DNA of 63,494 bases, filler included, from Octopus bimaculoides (lineage: Eukaryota): the NCBI RefSeq assembly GCF_001194135.2. It is 7 parts of 6 records of this genome, joined end to end, with 100 filler letters (N's around TTAATTAATTAA, not from the genome) between each part and the next. Parts side by side here need not be neighbours in the genome. Positions count along the whole stretch, not along the records: positions 1 to 24,431 come from NC_068984.1; positions 24,532 to 42,791 come from NC_068982.1; 5 more parts are not named here. One strand, 5' to 3'. Below, in pieces: positions 24,280-37,773 of this stretch. A model generated the notes under the pieces. It did not search any database, was not told where the DNA came from, and saw only the letters and a list, made by a program, of their open reading frames with translations. Within the stretch, counting starts at the first letter, position 1; each line of letters starts with the position of its first letter. The position numbers and the translations under genes are program-made.

Positions 24280-24432
24280 CTTATTTTCTTTTAATTGTTT
24301 CAGTCATTTGACTGCGGCCATGCTGGAGCATCACCTTTAGTCGAACAAATCGACACCAGGTCTTACCCTTTGTAAGCCTAGTACTTATTCTGTCGGTCTC
24401 TTTGCCGAACTGGTAAGTTACGGGGATGTAAN
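24280..24432 (-). mobile_element. SINE family A 3' half
   Basis: Family A tail up to gap. Confidence 0.85.
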
Positions 24433-24549
24433 NNNNNNNNNNNNNNNNNNNNNNNNNNNNNNNNNNNNNNNNNNNTTAATTAATTAANNNNNNNNNNNNN
24501 NNNNNNNNNNNNNNNNNNNNNNNNNNNNNNNTATATATATATATATATA

Positions 24550-24765
24550 TGGGGGGGGGTATGTTTGTGAGTCTGTGTTTGTCCCCCCAACTTCGCTTGA
24601 CAATCGATGCTGGTGTGTTTATGTCCCCGTAACTTAGCGGTTTGGCAAGAGACCGATAGAATAAGTACTAAGCTTACGGAGAATATGTTCTGGGGTCGAT
24701 TTGTTCGACTAAAGGCGGTGCTCCAGCATCGCCGCAATCAAATGACTGTAACAAGTAAAAGAATA
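24550..24765 (+). mobile_element. SINE family A 3' half
   Basis: Reverse complement of the 24280-24432 segment. Confidence 0.85.
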
Positions 24766-24862
24766 GAAGAATAAAAGAATGCACATTCACATATCTATAC
24801 ATCTCACCTCTCACATACATTAATATTCACATAAACACTCACATAAATATACATATATATAA

Positions 24863-24895
<33 letters not shown>

Positions 24896-24947
24896 TATAT
24901 ACATCACACGTGTATGTATGTATGTATGTATATAATANNNNNNNNNN

Positions 24948-24993
<46 letters not shown>

Positions 24994-25515
24994 GCACATT
25001 GCTACATTGTTTAAGATACAATTATTATTTAGCTACGTATATTGTATACTTTACAACTGAAGTGCCTCTAACCGGAAGAGGTTAATATGTGGTAAATAGA
25101 CAGAGCAAAGAACAAGTCTTTGTAAGCGATATAAGCAACAATGTCCGGATATAGTAATTAAGTATCTGAGGTTTAGCTGTTAAATACTTCCTACTAATTA
25201 ACGATACAGCTTTAGAAACGCTCTAAAATAACCAAATAGATCTTATTTGATTTCTCTGATTGGGTCATTTGGCATGGAACATTTGAAATATATGTCATGC
25301 TAACCGCTGCTATTGAATAACAAAGTGAATTTCGAGATTAATTATTCAAAGCGGCCAATCACAGCATCATTAGCATGGGTTTATGACATTTATTTCGATA
25401 TTTTCAGGTAATGCAAAGAAAAAAAAGAAGGTATTTCGGTGGTTTCCTGATATTATCCTACATTTTTAAATGAAATAAAATCAATGAAAAATAACTGTGA
25501 ACATGTGATTACATG

Positions 25516-26359
25516 TGCGAAGCAGCATCAAAAAGTTTCCGGAGTAGTTATGTTTAATAAAAAAAAAACTTATTTGCCAAAGTTTTAATATCGTCTCCTT
25601 CGAAATAGTCAACTTGCGCAAGCGGTCCCAGCCTCCCTGCCACTCCGTAAGCAAATCGAGGACCTTCTTTGATTCACTCTTGATCTCGACAACGGTCATA
25701 AAACGGTGATCTTTGAGCTTCATTTTCATCTTGGAGAAGAGATGGAAGCCCGCGGGTGCTAAATCTAGCGAATAAGGCAGGTGCAGAAGAAATACCATGT
25801 TTTTGGCGAGAAACTCACGAGTGAGGAGAGAGCGGTGACCGGGTGAGTTGTCGTCATAAACAATCCAAATCTTAGGAATGCCTGCACGAACCCATACGAC
25901 AGACCAACAACATCTATAATGTTGTTGATTGTATTCCGACGATTCTCATGCACAAACTGATGAATTTTCTCTACATTTCCGGGGGTGATGCTTGTAGCAG
26001 ATCTTCCAGATCGTTCATCGTCTTCCAGAGACATTTTTCTGCTTTTGAAGCGCCCGTGCCACTAGAAACATTGCGTGTGACCCATTGCCTCATCACTGTA
26101 GGCCTGCTAACAAGTTTAACGCAAAATTTCATGTTGGCTCTTTGTTCCAGCTTCCTGTCCATGACAAAAATGGCAGATTACAGAATACATGTGATCACAA
26201 AAATACAAATTTCACAAATTGCGAAGTAAACATAGCAATGTCACTTAGCAGACTGCCTCATGAAGGACCCTGCTAGCTCTCACTGTGCATGCAGCCGCGT
26301 GCTGGTATCTCTTGGCACGCTACAGAACTAGTTCTGGAACTTTTTGATACCACCTCGTA
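25516..26359 (-). mobile_element. Internally deleted, decayed mariner transposon
   Basis: Imperfect TIRs tgcgaagcagcatcaaaaagtttccggag / gttctggaactttttgataccacctcgta; translated remnants MDRKLEQRANMKFCVKL, SLEDDERSGR, WIVYDDNSPGH, PYSLDLAPAGFHLF. Confidence 0.9.
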
Positions 26360-26693
26360 CAATATCTACATTATTTGGTTCGATTTAAATTTCCTGTTTT
26401 CAAATAATGTTGATTCTCACGAATATTTCTTTTCAATGACATCCCTAACGTCTATCCTCCTTACGATTTTGCCCTGAGTCACTCATTTCATGAGAGCACA
26501 TATCACATATTCAATTGTAAAGCATTCCAATTTTCGTTAACATCAACTTGTATGTTTAGTGTCTGTAAATTCTTATTTGAAACGGGAATCTACGTTTAGT
26601 ACTGCCAAGAAAATAAATGAAAGAATGCGGATCAATAACGAAAAAGCCCCACAATCTCTTCTTCATTTCACCATTTCACTATTTATTCTCCAG

Positions 26694-26750
<57 letters not shown>

Positions 26751-26848
26751 NNNNNNNNNNNNNNNNNNTTATATATATATATAATTTTTTTCAGAATGAG
26801 ATAAAAAAACCAAGGCTGTGTAGATTTTAGAACATTTATAAATAGAAT

Positions 26849-26896
26849 GTCTTACAGCTGTTTCCAGGATATTTATTATATCCCTTCATCGGAGAT
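26849..26896 (-). ncRNA. Minimal type I hammerhead-ribozyme-like motif (CCGAUGA core variant)
   Basis: Minus strand: atct CCGATGA a GGGATAT aataa ATATCCT g GAAA CAGCTG TA agac; 7-bp stem II, palindromic stem III ACAGCUGU. Confidence 0.55.
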
Positions 26897-28923
26897 GGTG
26901 TGGGAAGATGGTTAAGCAATAGTTAATTTAGATAAGATACGAAATAGAGAATGAATTGGAGGAACGAAAATAGATGTGAGATATGCATGGATATTGTATT
27001 TGTAAATCCATTATTTAGGCAGAAGCAAAATATGAATAACCTGGTCGTCTACAGGAGTTTCCGACGAGGTTGTTTATATTTTATGACATTACATTAATCT
27101 CAGTTTTAGCAAAAAGTTGAAGTGTCAAATTTTAAAAGTGCATAATCCCCTAAACAAATTAAAAAAAAAGCAGGAACAGCTATTCGTGTAATAATTCATA
27201 AACCAACTGAGAAAAACAAAAGACTTCATTTTATTTATTAAGGAAATATCGGTCAAAATGACGCACAGAGAACAAACACATTTTTTAGCAATCATTTAGT
27301 AGTAACTTTAATTATGTACTCGAAGTAATCATTATGTTTAAGACAAGATTGAATTATAGTAATACGAATTCCAGTCATTCTAAGATTTTCATGATTAAAC
27401 CAGACTACACTTAATTAACTATGTATAATTTTATTAACAAATGGTTACATTTGTATTTCGTGACCAGAAGCTTTCAATTTCTTACTTCACCCTCCCCCTT
27501 TTTTTCTCTATAGCATATTTTCCTTATGCCTAATAATGGCGACACAGTTAACTTTTCATAATAACAATATGTGCCCTTCTTTACAAAATGTAAATAAATA
27601 TTTAGTGTTTAATAAAGATTAAAAAAAGAAATATTACAAGACCCTGTTAATTGCCGATGTCCTACTGAACATACAGTCAAACAATTCACCCACACACAAA
27701 TGTGCACAAGTATTCACACACATACACATACACACACATAGTATTTAGATATTCACATAATCTTTTTATTAACTGACATAGGTCGTTCAAATTACATAAG
27801 TGCACATATGGGTTGAGTATTCTTTTTTCTAATACAAATGTACTACTTCATGTACTCTTCATCATAAGCAATGCATTCAAACTACCGTTGAATCAGCGTT
27901 AAAAAAAATTCCAGACGTGCAATGCTGTGTGCACCTTTTCACAACCACTTTAACCTAATCTGTGCAATCAAATTGTTGTTCCCAAAGACTGTCCCTCACC
28001 GGAGCAAACAGGTAGAATTCCTCCTAATGGCTTCACTAATCTAATCGAGAGTCTCAGGGTTCTGCTCGTTGTTCACAGTGGATCCCACATTCTCGGAAAT
28101 TACACAAAATGACTCCCTTGTTTTCTATCAAGCAGTCGCTATGACTTCTTGTGCTAATCACTAGTTGTTGGACATTTTAGGCTTTGCAGAAGAGGAGCAA
28201 TGCCATTCCCTGGCCTGAGTCTCTCTCATCAAGATACGCCTACGTTTCATCCCCTATCATCAGATCGGAAAAACGTGTATTCAATTACTTCGAACATTTC
28301 TAGCTGATCTGAGCAGACATCAACTCATCTCTCAAATCGGATGTCAGTTTAATCGATACCGACTTAACGCATACTTTCTGATGCCTAAAATCTTCCACAT
28401 CTTCTGTAATGTGACCTCAGTTGTGCAGCAAGCTGGCAGATAAATATTCGTCTCTGTCCACGCTAATAATTTAGTCCACTCGCTAGCGAATCGTGTCAAT
28501 GGTCGACGTTGATTGTCTCTCAAAGAGTGGTTTGTCTATAACGCTAGTTTCTCTCCTTTATCATTGGTCTTGTCAATGGTGGCATCTCACGAAATGACCT
28601 ATAATCTTCCGTGGATGTCGAGAAACCTACACCCGTCATAAATCAAAAACTCAGTTACGGCAGCTGCGTTTGCTAGTAACTCATTAGTTACCAGTAGCTA
28701 AAGAAAAGGAAGAGCAGTTACTATACAAGAAAAGTTAGTTCACCATCATTTGTAATTTTGATAAAACATGTCAGTTAATAAAAAAAAGTTATACCCACTG
28801 TTGCATTACAGTCGGTACAGCATCATGTGGTGCATGCGTGCGTGTGTGTGCGTGCGTGTGTGTATGAGTGTGTGTGTGCGCGCGCACCTTTATATATACT
28901 TACATAAATCTATTAATATATAC

Positions 28924-28964
<41 letters not shown>

Positions 28965-31064
28965 CATACATGTATGTATGTATGTATGTATGCATGTATG
29001 TATATATGTGTGTATGTATGTATGTATGTATGCATGTATGTATATATGTGTGTATGTATGTATGTATGTATGTATGCATGTATGTATGATCACGACCCTG
29101 CAGTTCTAGAATGCTAACAAATAATTCTATTCTGTCTTACACAGTTTATATATTAGTCGAAACGTTTACAACATAACTATTGGCAACTACCTCACTTCCT
29201 TATTATTACTACTCGGTTGGTAATGACAAAGGAATTATTCAGGCTGAATCTACTTAAAGTAACTATTGTATTCTGATTCATATCTCTTTTCTGGGGAATA
29301 TATTCACATCCGTAAGCAACTGTAAATCTAAAGGGCTTCTTATTGTTCATAGATAAACACTCTACTTAACTAACTACATTCTTCATTCCATTGTGTAGTC
29401 TGATATACCTTTCTATTTCACCGACTTCTCAGTACTTACATTTTATATGATTATATAGGAAACTAAAGTTACACATTTCTATGATTAATGTACCAAAAGC
29501 AAATATAAATAAATATTCAGAAAGCTATTTTACTAAAGAAAGAGGACAAATGTAAATTTCTCTTACGGTTTGGATTTTTCTTTTTTGTTTTTGTTTTCTT
29601 TTTGTGTTTTCAGTCCAAATCCAGCCGAAGTCAATTTCACCTTTTACACTTTCGATGTCAATAAAATAAGGTACCAGTCAAATATTGGAGCCGAGGTATC
29701 GACTAATACTTCACCCTCATATTTGCTGGCCTTATGTCTGAATTAGAAACAATGTATATAGCAATACTAAAGACGATAGATTAGCTGAATAGTCAAGGTC
29801 TTGGAGGAATGGTCTGCAATTAAAACGGTTGTTTTCATTCTGAGTTAAAATTCCGTTAACGTAAACTTCACATTTCATCCACCTGACGCCTAAAAAATGA
29901 AATTTCCAATCAAGTACTCCACGCGTCTTGATTGACTAACTCCATCCCAAGATTTCTGGAGTTGAGCCTTTAGAAATCACATTCTGGCGGCTTCTAGCAT
30001 AGATAAAGAAAAAAGTACTATTCAAGTACTGGTTTTCACATACTCGAGTATATCTTCATAGAAATTTCTAGCGTTGTACCTATGTAAGAAATCAAAATAC
30101 AGCCAGGGTAATGGTGATTTGTTTTGCATATGCACACGGATATATATTTAGGGGAAAGGCAAAGTTGATTGAATCGTTTTTAATACATTAGTTACACCTT
30201 TTATCGACTCCTAAAGGATTAAATAAATTATCAAAGCCGACGATATTGAAACTGATAAACGTAAAACGATGTAAATACTAAGTGCTCGATGTTTTCCTGA
30301 AAGTCTATCGATACAACCATTAAGCACTAATCAAAGTCAATTGTAATAAAGCGGCGGCCAATAAAGTCTCAACCATCATGAGAGATGGAAAACCTACAAA
30401 TGTATGCTTCATTTGTATATATCTACAAACAACACGCACATAAAAAATAACTAAATATACCCTTGAGAATTTTTTAAAGCTATCCTCATTGAAAAAAGTC
30501 AAATTAGTGATTTGTATACAAGCAATATATAGGTGTATATACGGTCGAAATATTTCATCACTGGTCAGCTAAATTATGAGTTAACACAACGCACGTTAGC
30601 AATGGCGATTACTATATATTCGAAACAATAGGCTATGAATACAAGGATTATGTAGTAGAATCAACAGCACATGAGAAAATAACAAGTCTGGAAAATGAGT
30701 AGAATATACACAGACTCTAAATTACATGTTAATCAGTGTTCTACTTTCAACTATTAAATGCAAATATGATTTGTATTTTAGGGTAAAAAAAAAAAGACTA
30801 TTAACACACTAGAATCTATTGATGCGACATAATTCATTCAACTCTTGCCACACCTCTTCGCACACACACGCACCTCATCATACACACGCGCGCGTGCACA
30901 CAAACACACGCACACGCACGCACGCACCACACCATATACACTCACAAGCACCACATCATACATACATACACCCACACAAACTAGCGACGAAAATGAAAGT
31001 ATTCCATACCGCCGCATAATTCATCTATATACCTCTCTCTTTCTTTCTGTCTTTCTCTCATTCA

Positions 31065-31108
<44 letters not shown>

Positions 31109-31113
31109 ATATA

Positions 31114-31152
<39 letters not shown>

Positions 31153-34089
31153 NNNNNNNNNNNNNNNNNNNNNNNNNNNNNNNNNNNNNNNNNNNNNNNN
31201 NNNNNNNNNNNNNNNNNNNNNNNNNNNNNNNNNNNNNNNNNNNNNNNNNNNNNNNNNNNNNNNNNNNNNNNNNNNNNNNNNNNNNNNNNNNNNNNNNNNN
31301 NNNNNNNNNNNNNNNNNNNNNNNNNNNNNNNNNNNNNNNNNNNNNNNNNNNNNNNNNNNNNNNNNNNNNNNNNNNNNNNNNNNNNNNNNNNNNNNNNNNN
31401 NNNNNNNNNNNNNNNNNNNNNNNNNNNNNNNNNNNNNNNNNNNNNNNNNNNNNNNNNNNNNNNNNNNNNNNNNNNNNNNNNNNNNNNNNNNNNNNNNNNN
31501 NNNNNNNNNNNNNNNNNNNNNNNNNNNNNNNNNNNNNNNNNNNNNNNNNNNNNNNNNNNNNNNNNNNNNNNNNNNNNNNNNNNNNNNNNNNNNNNNNNNN
31601 NNNNNNNNNNNNNNNNNNNNNNNNNNNNNNNNNNNNNNNNNNNNNNNNNNNNNNNNNNNNNNNNNNNNNNNNNNNNNNNNNTAAGGTAAATTTATTATAC
31701 ACATTTGTAAAATGGGTATCAAGTACTGATAGTCACAAGGTTTGCAACATGGAGTTTTGTGTTATTATGATTCAATTGGCATTGTTAAAACCTTTCGCTA
31801 ATATAATTCAGTACAAGCAATATTAGGCTTGGATATGTCACGACCCTACATGAAAATAAGGCCGGAGCTTGCAACATTTTCCACGGCATATATGTGACTT
31901 AGGTTACTATACGTGGCCCTCACCTTCAGCTGAGTGGATTGGAGGAACGTAAAATGAAGTTTTTTGCTCAATAACTCAAAGCGTCGTTCGCCCAATCTGA
32001 ACATGAAAGCAACGACTTTACAACCAACCACTATCCTAACCACTGAGCCATATTCATTCGCACAAACAATACATGAAAGTGAAGTAAAGATATTTTAAAA
32101 AGTGTTCTTTACACACCGAAATCCCTGTCTTACCTTTAAGCTAATATATGGTACATTATATTTGAAGACAGCGTTACCTAATAGCCTATAATGCCAAATT
32201 ACCGACACACGCACACACAGCCACTCATAAAACACGTATTATATTGCACATAATACGCACAGATACATAAATCTCGGTGTATTTGTTTTCATGCTGAAGT
32301 GTGTGTTATTCAGTTTTTTTTATGAGTAACATTAAGATCGAAAACAAGAAAGAGGTTTCTTTATTCATACAATGCAACACTCCCAAATAATAAGAAATAT
32401 AATACATCAGATACCAAAGTGTGAGTTAGTGTATTTATTTATCGTCGTATGTAAGTAAGCTACCGCTGTTCAACCATGAGAGTTGATTTTCAATGAAATA
32501 TTAGAAAAATAATTATTAGAAAAAGCTAAATAAATATAACATGCCGGAAAGAAATCTCATAATGATACAAAGCTAAAAGTTAGAACTAAAGAAAAAGAAG
32601 AAATTAAAACAAAACATGAAACTCTAACATTAAAAAAGGCGATTCAATCATCTGCCTTTATGTTGGCACCTAATGATTAATCATTGTCATTTCATTTTGT
32701 AAAGTACATATCAACAAAAAAGCAAGGTTCTTAGGTACGGCGATCGGAATCAACTTTCGAATGAATAATGAAGAATATCCTATATTCTAAATATCATATT
32801 TTTATTGATAAAAATCAAAAATGAACTTCGAAGAAAATACAAAACATGTGTCATGTCGTGTTCTGCATGGAAAAATATTGTTTATGTTGTTGCGTCCGAG
32901 AAGATGGAGTATCACTCGTAGAAGACGCTCCAAGTTCAAAAGTAGCACAAAAGTGGGTAAGTTTGCCTGGCGGGGGATTTCATTGAACGTTTATCAAGCT
33001 ACCATTTATCAAAGTGGAATTTTATAATCAATGTTTGGTCTAAGTTTTCAAAGAGAAAGACAATGTGCTGTACATGACAGAAACACAGATATCATGTGTC
33101 GATTTGAATTGAGGTAAAATTCGTTATATTTTGTGTGGAAATTAAGATGACAAAAAGTAAACAAATGAATTACATTTTTACGAATACTAATTTCAGTGAT
33201 AAGAATTGCAGTGATAGTAATGTTGAGTATATGGAACTTGAAGAAGCGATCGATGAAGATGGTAATTCTTGATATGATTTAGAGAAACATTCTATGTTGG
33301 GAATTGCTCATGAGACTTGGGAGCATAATGAAGTCTGTCTTTGTTAAAAGAATGGAGTAGCATGTTTGTTTTAGTATGGTTAAACATTACAAAATCTTGT
33401 CGATTGGACGTTTTCATTGATGAAAGTAGTGAGTACTACAGGATATATTAATCGTAGAGTTGATACAATATGGTGTGGTTATGTGGTCATATGATGATGA
33501 TATGATGCCGTGAGGAAAGATGATATGGGTAAGATGACATAGATACTTGAGAATGCTGTGCTTAGGTGAATTTAAAGTAGGCTAAACTCCACTTAAAAAC
33601 ACTTTTTACAATTATTCACCCCAACAAGTGACATGATACGTTCTGATGTATAGATAACTCTTCTTAAGAATAGTTTTGCTGGATTCTATTGTTATTAATG
33701 ACATAATATTTTGTGTTTTTTTCACAAAACGGAATAATATGTTTCATGAATTAGCAGCACAATTAAAACTATGATGCAATAACAGATAAAAGAGACAATA
33801 TTTCTTTTCTTTTTTTTCTTTCTACTTGACATACCTTAGTATCTTTTTACAGTCAACTATACCAATTTCCTTACAGTTTTCAGTACAGCTGAAAATTATA
33901 TATAAAGAAGGAAAGAGTTGTGCCTACAGTTTTTGAATATCTTAGGGGAATAGGGCTAAACGTTTGATCTTGTTTTGTGCGATTAGAATAAAAATTATAT
34001 AAAATCAAAGTTAAAGTTCAATCGGGTGCTAAAATGTGGCAATGACGCTCTCAGCAGTAAAAAAGAACTGTTAAGTGGTGGTTTTATTT

Positions 34090-34390
34090 ATCTATGCGCC
34101 CTTCTAAAGCCTAGCTAGGCTCATGGGCCCGGTTTCCCGGTTTCTATGGCGTATGTGTTTCCCCCAGTTGGACGGGACGACAGTCCATCACAGCGTTACT
34201 CAAGAAACAGTGACAGATAGTTGGGGCGAAAGAGTGCAACAGGGGTCGTCACCACCCCCTGCCAGAGCCTCGTGGAACCTTAGGTGTTTTCGCTCAATAA
34301 ACACCCACAACGCCCGGTCTGGGAATCGAAACCGCGATCCTCAGATCGCGAGTCCGCTGCCCTAACTACTAGGTCATTGCGCCTCCACTA
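34090..34390 (-). mobile_element. tRNA-headed SINE with V-domain-like centre
   Basis: Head ggaggcgcaatgacctagtagttagggcag..ggtttcgattccc; gctgtgatggactgtcgtcccgtcca resembles the V-SINE domain. Confidence 0.75.
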
Positions 34391-34679
34391 AGAGGTGATT
34401 AGTGATTACATATTGTGGGGAAGTAAGAGTTTTCATAAAGCTCTTTGATAAATAAAAGTAAACAAAATCCGTCAAGCAATGAAGCAATAAAAGAATTATA
34501 TTTGTAAAATGTTAAACGTAAAATTAAACATTTTGCACATTGTATGAAAGGCGAAATTGTTATAAGGGCAATAATTAATTAATTTTGGGCTAGAAATTGA
34601 GCTTGAGGTACTTCTAACAGTAGTAGTAGCCGCAGCAGCAGTGCCGGCAGCGATAATTTCTTCACTGGCGGTAATGGTC

Positions 34680-34885
34680 TGCGATCTAGGTATGAGGCCA
34701 GCAATGTTAATGTGAAGGATAAGACGATGCCATTGATCCCTGTACTTAAATAGTATTTTATTTTATCGACTCTGAAAAGATGAAAGGTAAAGTTGAACTC
34801 GTCAGGACTTGAACTGAGAATGTAAGAAGTTGGAACAAACGTCACGAGGCATTTTCTCCGATGCTCTGACGATCTGTCTGTTTGC
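34680..34885 (-). mobile_element. Diverged SINE family B
   Basis: ttttatcgactctgaaaagatgaaaggtaaagttgaactc..ttgaactgagaatgtaa. Confidence 0.7.
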
Positions 34886-35838
34886 TGCCCTATTGCATTG
34901 CCTGTATTCAGAATGCTGAAGTATTTCCAAAGAGAACTGACCATATAATGATACTAACAAGGAATTGCAGTTGTGCTACATGTAAATCGTTTGCACACAA
35001 ACTGTCAACGTTGTATCATAAATAATGTAAGATGTAAATGAGCTCTAGCAATAGCTGGGAAGTTAACCCTGCGACCTCTCATTCAAGGAGCAGCGTTGTA
35101 ATCTCAGTCACTTTTACGCCATGGAAACTGAGTTCAGTTCCAGTATCCTGAATCCTAGGGCTCATGACAATCCAGGAGATGTGATGAGGTATGAAATATC
35201 TTACAGAATTTACTTTATTCCTTCATTTCATGGATCACTACTCTTCTCAGAAATACTGCAACTGTTGGAGTTTACACCCTCAACCGCTCTTAAAGCATAA
35301 GCATGATAAAGAAGATACATCTAGGAATATCAGCTCTTTATCTAATAAACCACAGTATTTGGTGGGTACTTGATTTTATCGCACCTGGAAGAATGAAAAG
35401 CGAAAACTAACGTCGGTAGCATTTGAACTCAAAACATGAAGTTCTAACAATTCTACTATCCTACTACCCTTGTTATTAGTTTGAAAGATCAACTGGTGCC
35501 TAAGACCTTATACAGAAAGTTATATTACTTAACTGAAGTTACCGGATCGTTAATCAAGCCTATTTGCAATGGCTAACTCTGTAATTGATCTTTTCTCTTT
35601 TTTAATATATTTCTTATTTTTAGAGAACAAATAACATCAAATGAAATGACATTAATGACATAACATAAGAAGAGAAGAAACAGGCAGACAAAAACAATAT
35701 AGTCTGGAAAAAAGTCCACTCCCTGCATCTTGTTTATTATTTGCTATGGCATTCAGTTCAAAGCAACAATAAACGGCCGGCCGTACGCTTTCTTTCTGTC
35801 GCTCACACACATATACATATGCACATACTCACATCCGC

Positions 35839-35933
<95 letters not shown>

Positions 35934-36476
35934 CTGATAACGTGGGATACTCAAGTTGTACCTTTAGAAGTCAGAAAGTAATGCGAACGGCTATTAAAAT
36001 TTATAAAAGAAAATTCGATACGAATCCGAATTCATGAACAAAGTAAAATGAGCGTCCTTTAACCATTGTTGTTATCTTCAAATACATCATTATTATCAAA
36101 AATTACTTACATTAGAACAACGCCACACATCTAAAGGAATATGTAAATTTTATATAAAATACCCGAGGGCACATCTCTCAGAAAGAGAGAAAAGCAAAGT
36201 TGGCTCTGTTGAGGAAAAACATGGTATATGGCGTGAATCATTTAATTAGTCCAGCACTGTATTGTCGTTGCTATTCCATTCCATTTCTCCAATCGTTGTA
36301 GATTCACTAGTAAGATGAAATTCCTGCAAGATGTTGTCAGTATACTTATACTACCTACTTGTCTACGTGTTGGAGAAAGCGATCTGTGATCGGATGATTA
36401 TCCTTGGTTTTCGACACCTTTCCTTATATAGGCACAGATGTAATTCTTACTCAAAATAAATTGTACTTCATATTCG

Positions 36477-36558
36477 AGACTCCGATGAAGCTATAAGGTG
36501 TCATTCAGGCACTTAACTACAGGCCCACTGCATCGTATAGCAGAAACAGCTGCAAGCT
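36477..36558 (+). ncRNA. Hammerhead-like motif (CCGAUGA variant, long stem II loop, decayed)
   Basis: gact CCGATGA a GCTATA ..40 nt.. TATAGC a GAAA CAGCTG CA agct; same architecture as the 26849 motif. Confidence 0.45.
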
Positions 36559-36606
36559 AATGAAGTTCATATGATAATAATTTATTCTATTGTCATCTTT
36601 CTCTTT

Positions 36607-36639
<33 letters not shown>

Positions 36640-36819
36640 NNNNNNNNNNTATATAAGTGAAGGTATGCCAAGCAATTTCCTTCTAAATTACTAAATTATA
36701 TGATTCAGGGTTCAGTACCACTACGTAGCAACTTGTGGTTCTAGTGTGTTCTACGGTAGACTCGGACAGACCAAAGCCTTGTGCGTGGATTTGGTAGAGG
36801 GGAAACTGAAAGAAGCTTG

Positions 36820-36853
<34 letters not shown>

Positions 36854-37011
36854 CGAATTTGTGTAAATGTGTATAGAATAATGCATCAGTTGAATAAAGT
36901 TAAAACATGGTCTGGCTTTCCCGTTTTTATTATGGTATTTAAAAAAAAAAATTTTTTTACAATATTGAAGCATGTGAAACATTAAAAAAAATTGTAATGT
37001 TCATAAAGTTC

Positions 37012-37049
37012 ATTTAGCGCTTTCATACGTTCCTAGTAATCATCGGATT
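37012..37049 (-). ncRNA. Hammerhead in the inverted pseudo-LTR (CCGAUGA variant)
   Basis: Minus strand aat CCGATGA ttactaggaacgtat GAAA GCGC TA aat. Confidence 0.55.
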
Positions 37050-37735
37050 TCAAAATGCATTTAACTGACAGTTGAGTTCTTGACAACTGTAGTAATATGA
37101 TTGACTTCTTCCTTTTTATACCTCTTAGAAAGCTCCGACAGGCTGAATTTTTGAAATATGGTTTTGCCCAATCCACATGCAGCTTAAACGTCACGGTTTG
37201 CCAGGCGTACATGTATTACTGGCATAGATCTCGCCTTTACTTTAACCAATCACCTTTCAGTTTACATGTAATGGTTTTATGAATGAGCATACTTAGTTTC
37301 CAAGTGAGGTTGGAAGGAACATAAAAGAAAAACTGTTTATTGAAATGTTCAACCCTCTTCTGAACGGAAATAACAACAATAATAAAACAACCAGTTAATG
37401 ATGTGGATTAAAAAATGTCTTTAACATATGAATAAAAACAAATTCTCAAACATTCCCACCATTTGAAATAAAGACGATCGAAATCAACTAAGTTTGCTCA
37501 CTCATAAAGCCATTACAAGTAAACTGCAAGCTAATTGGTTGAATTAAAGGTGGGATCTTTGCCAGTAATATTGGTATGCCCGGCAAACCGTGATGTTTAA
37601 GTTGAATGCGGATTGGTCAAAACCGTATTCCAAAACTTCAGCGTGTTGGAGCCTTCTAAGAGGTATAAAAAAAAGAGAAGTCAGTCATTTTACTATAGTT
37701 ATCAAGAATTCAACTGTCAGTTAAATATATTTTGA

Positions 37736-37773
37736 AATCTGATGATTACTACGAACGTATGAAAGCGCTAATT
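37736..37773 (+). ncRNA. Minimal hammerhead ribozyme in PLE pseudo-LTR
   Basis: aat CTGATGA t tac tacgaac gta t GAAA GCGC TA att; stem I aat/att, palindromic stem III AGCGCU. Confidence 0.65.

Noticed and set aside
32821-33027. Short ORF with an internal GTAAGT donor-like site
   Set aside because: No recognisable domain, no clear acceptor and no partner exons.
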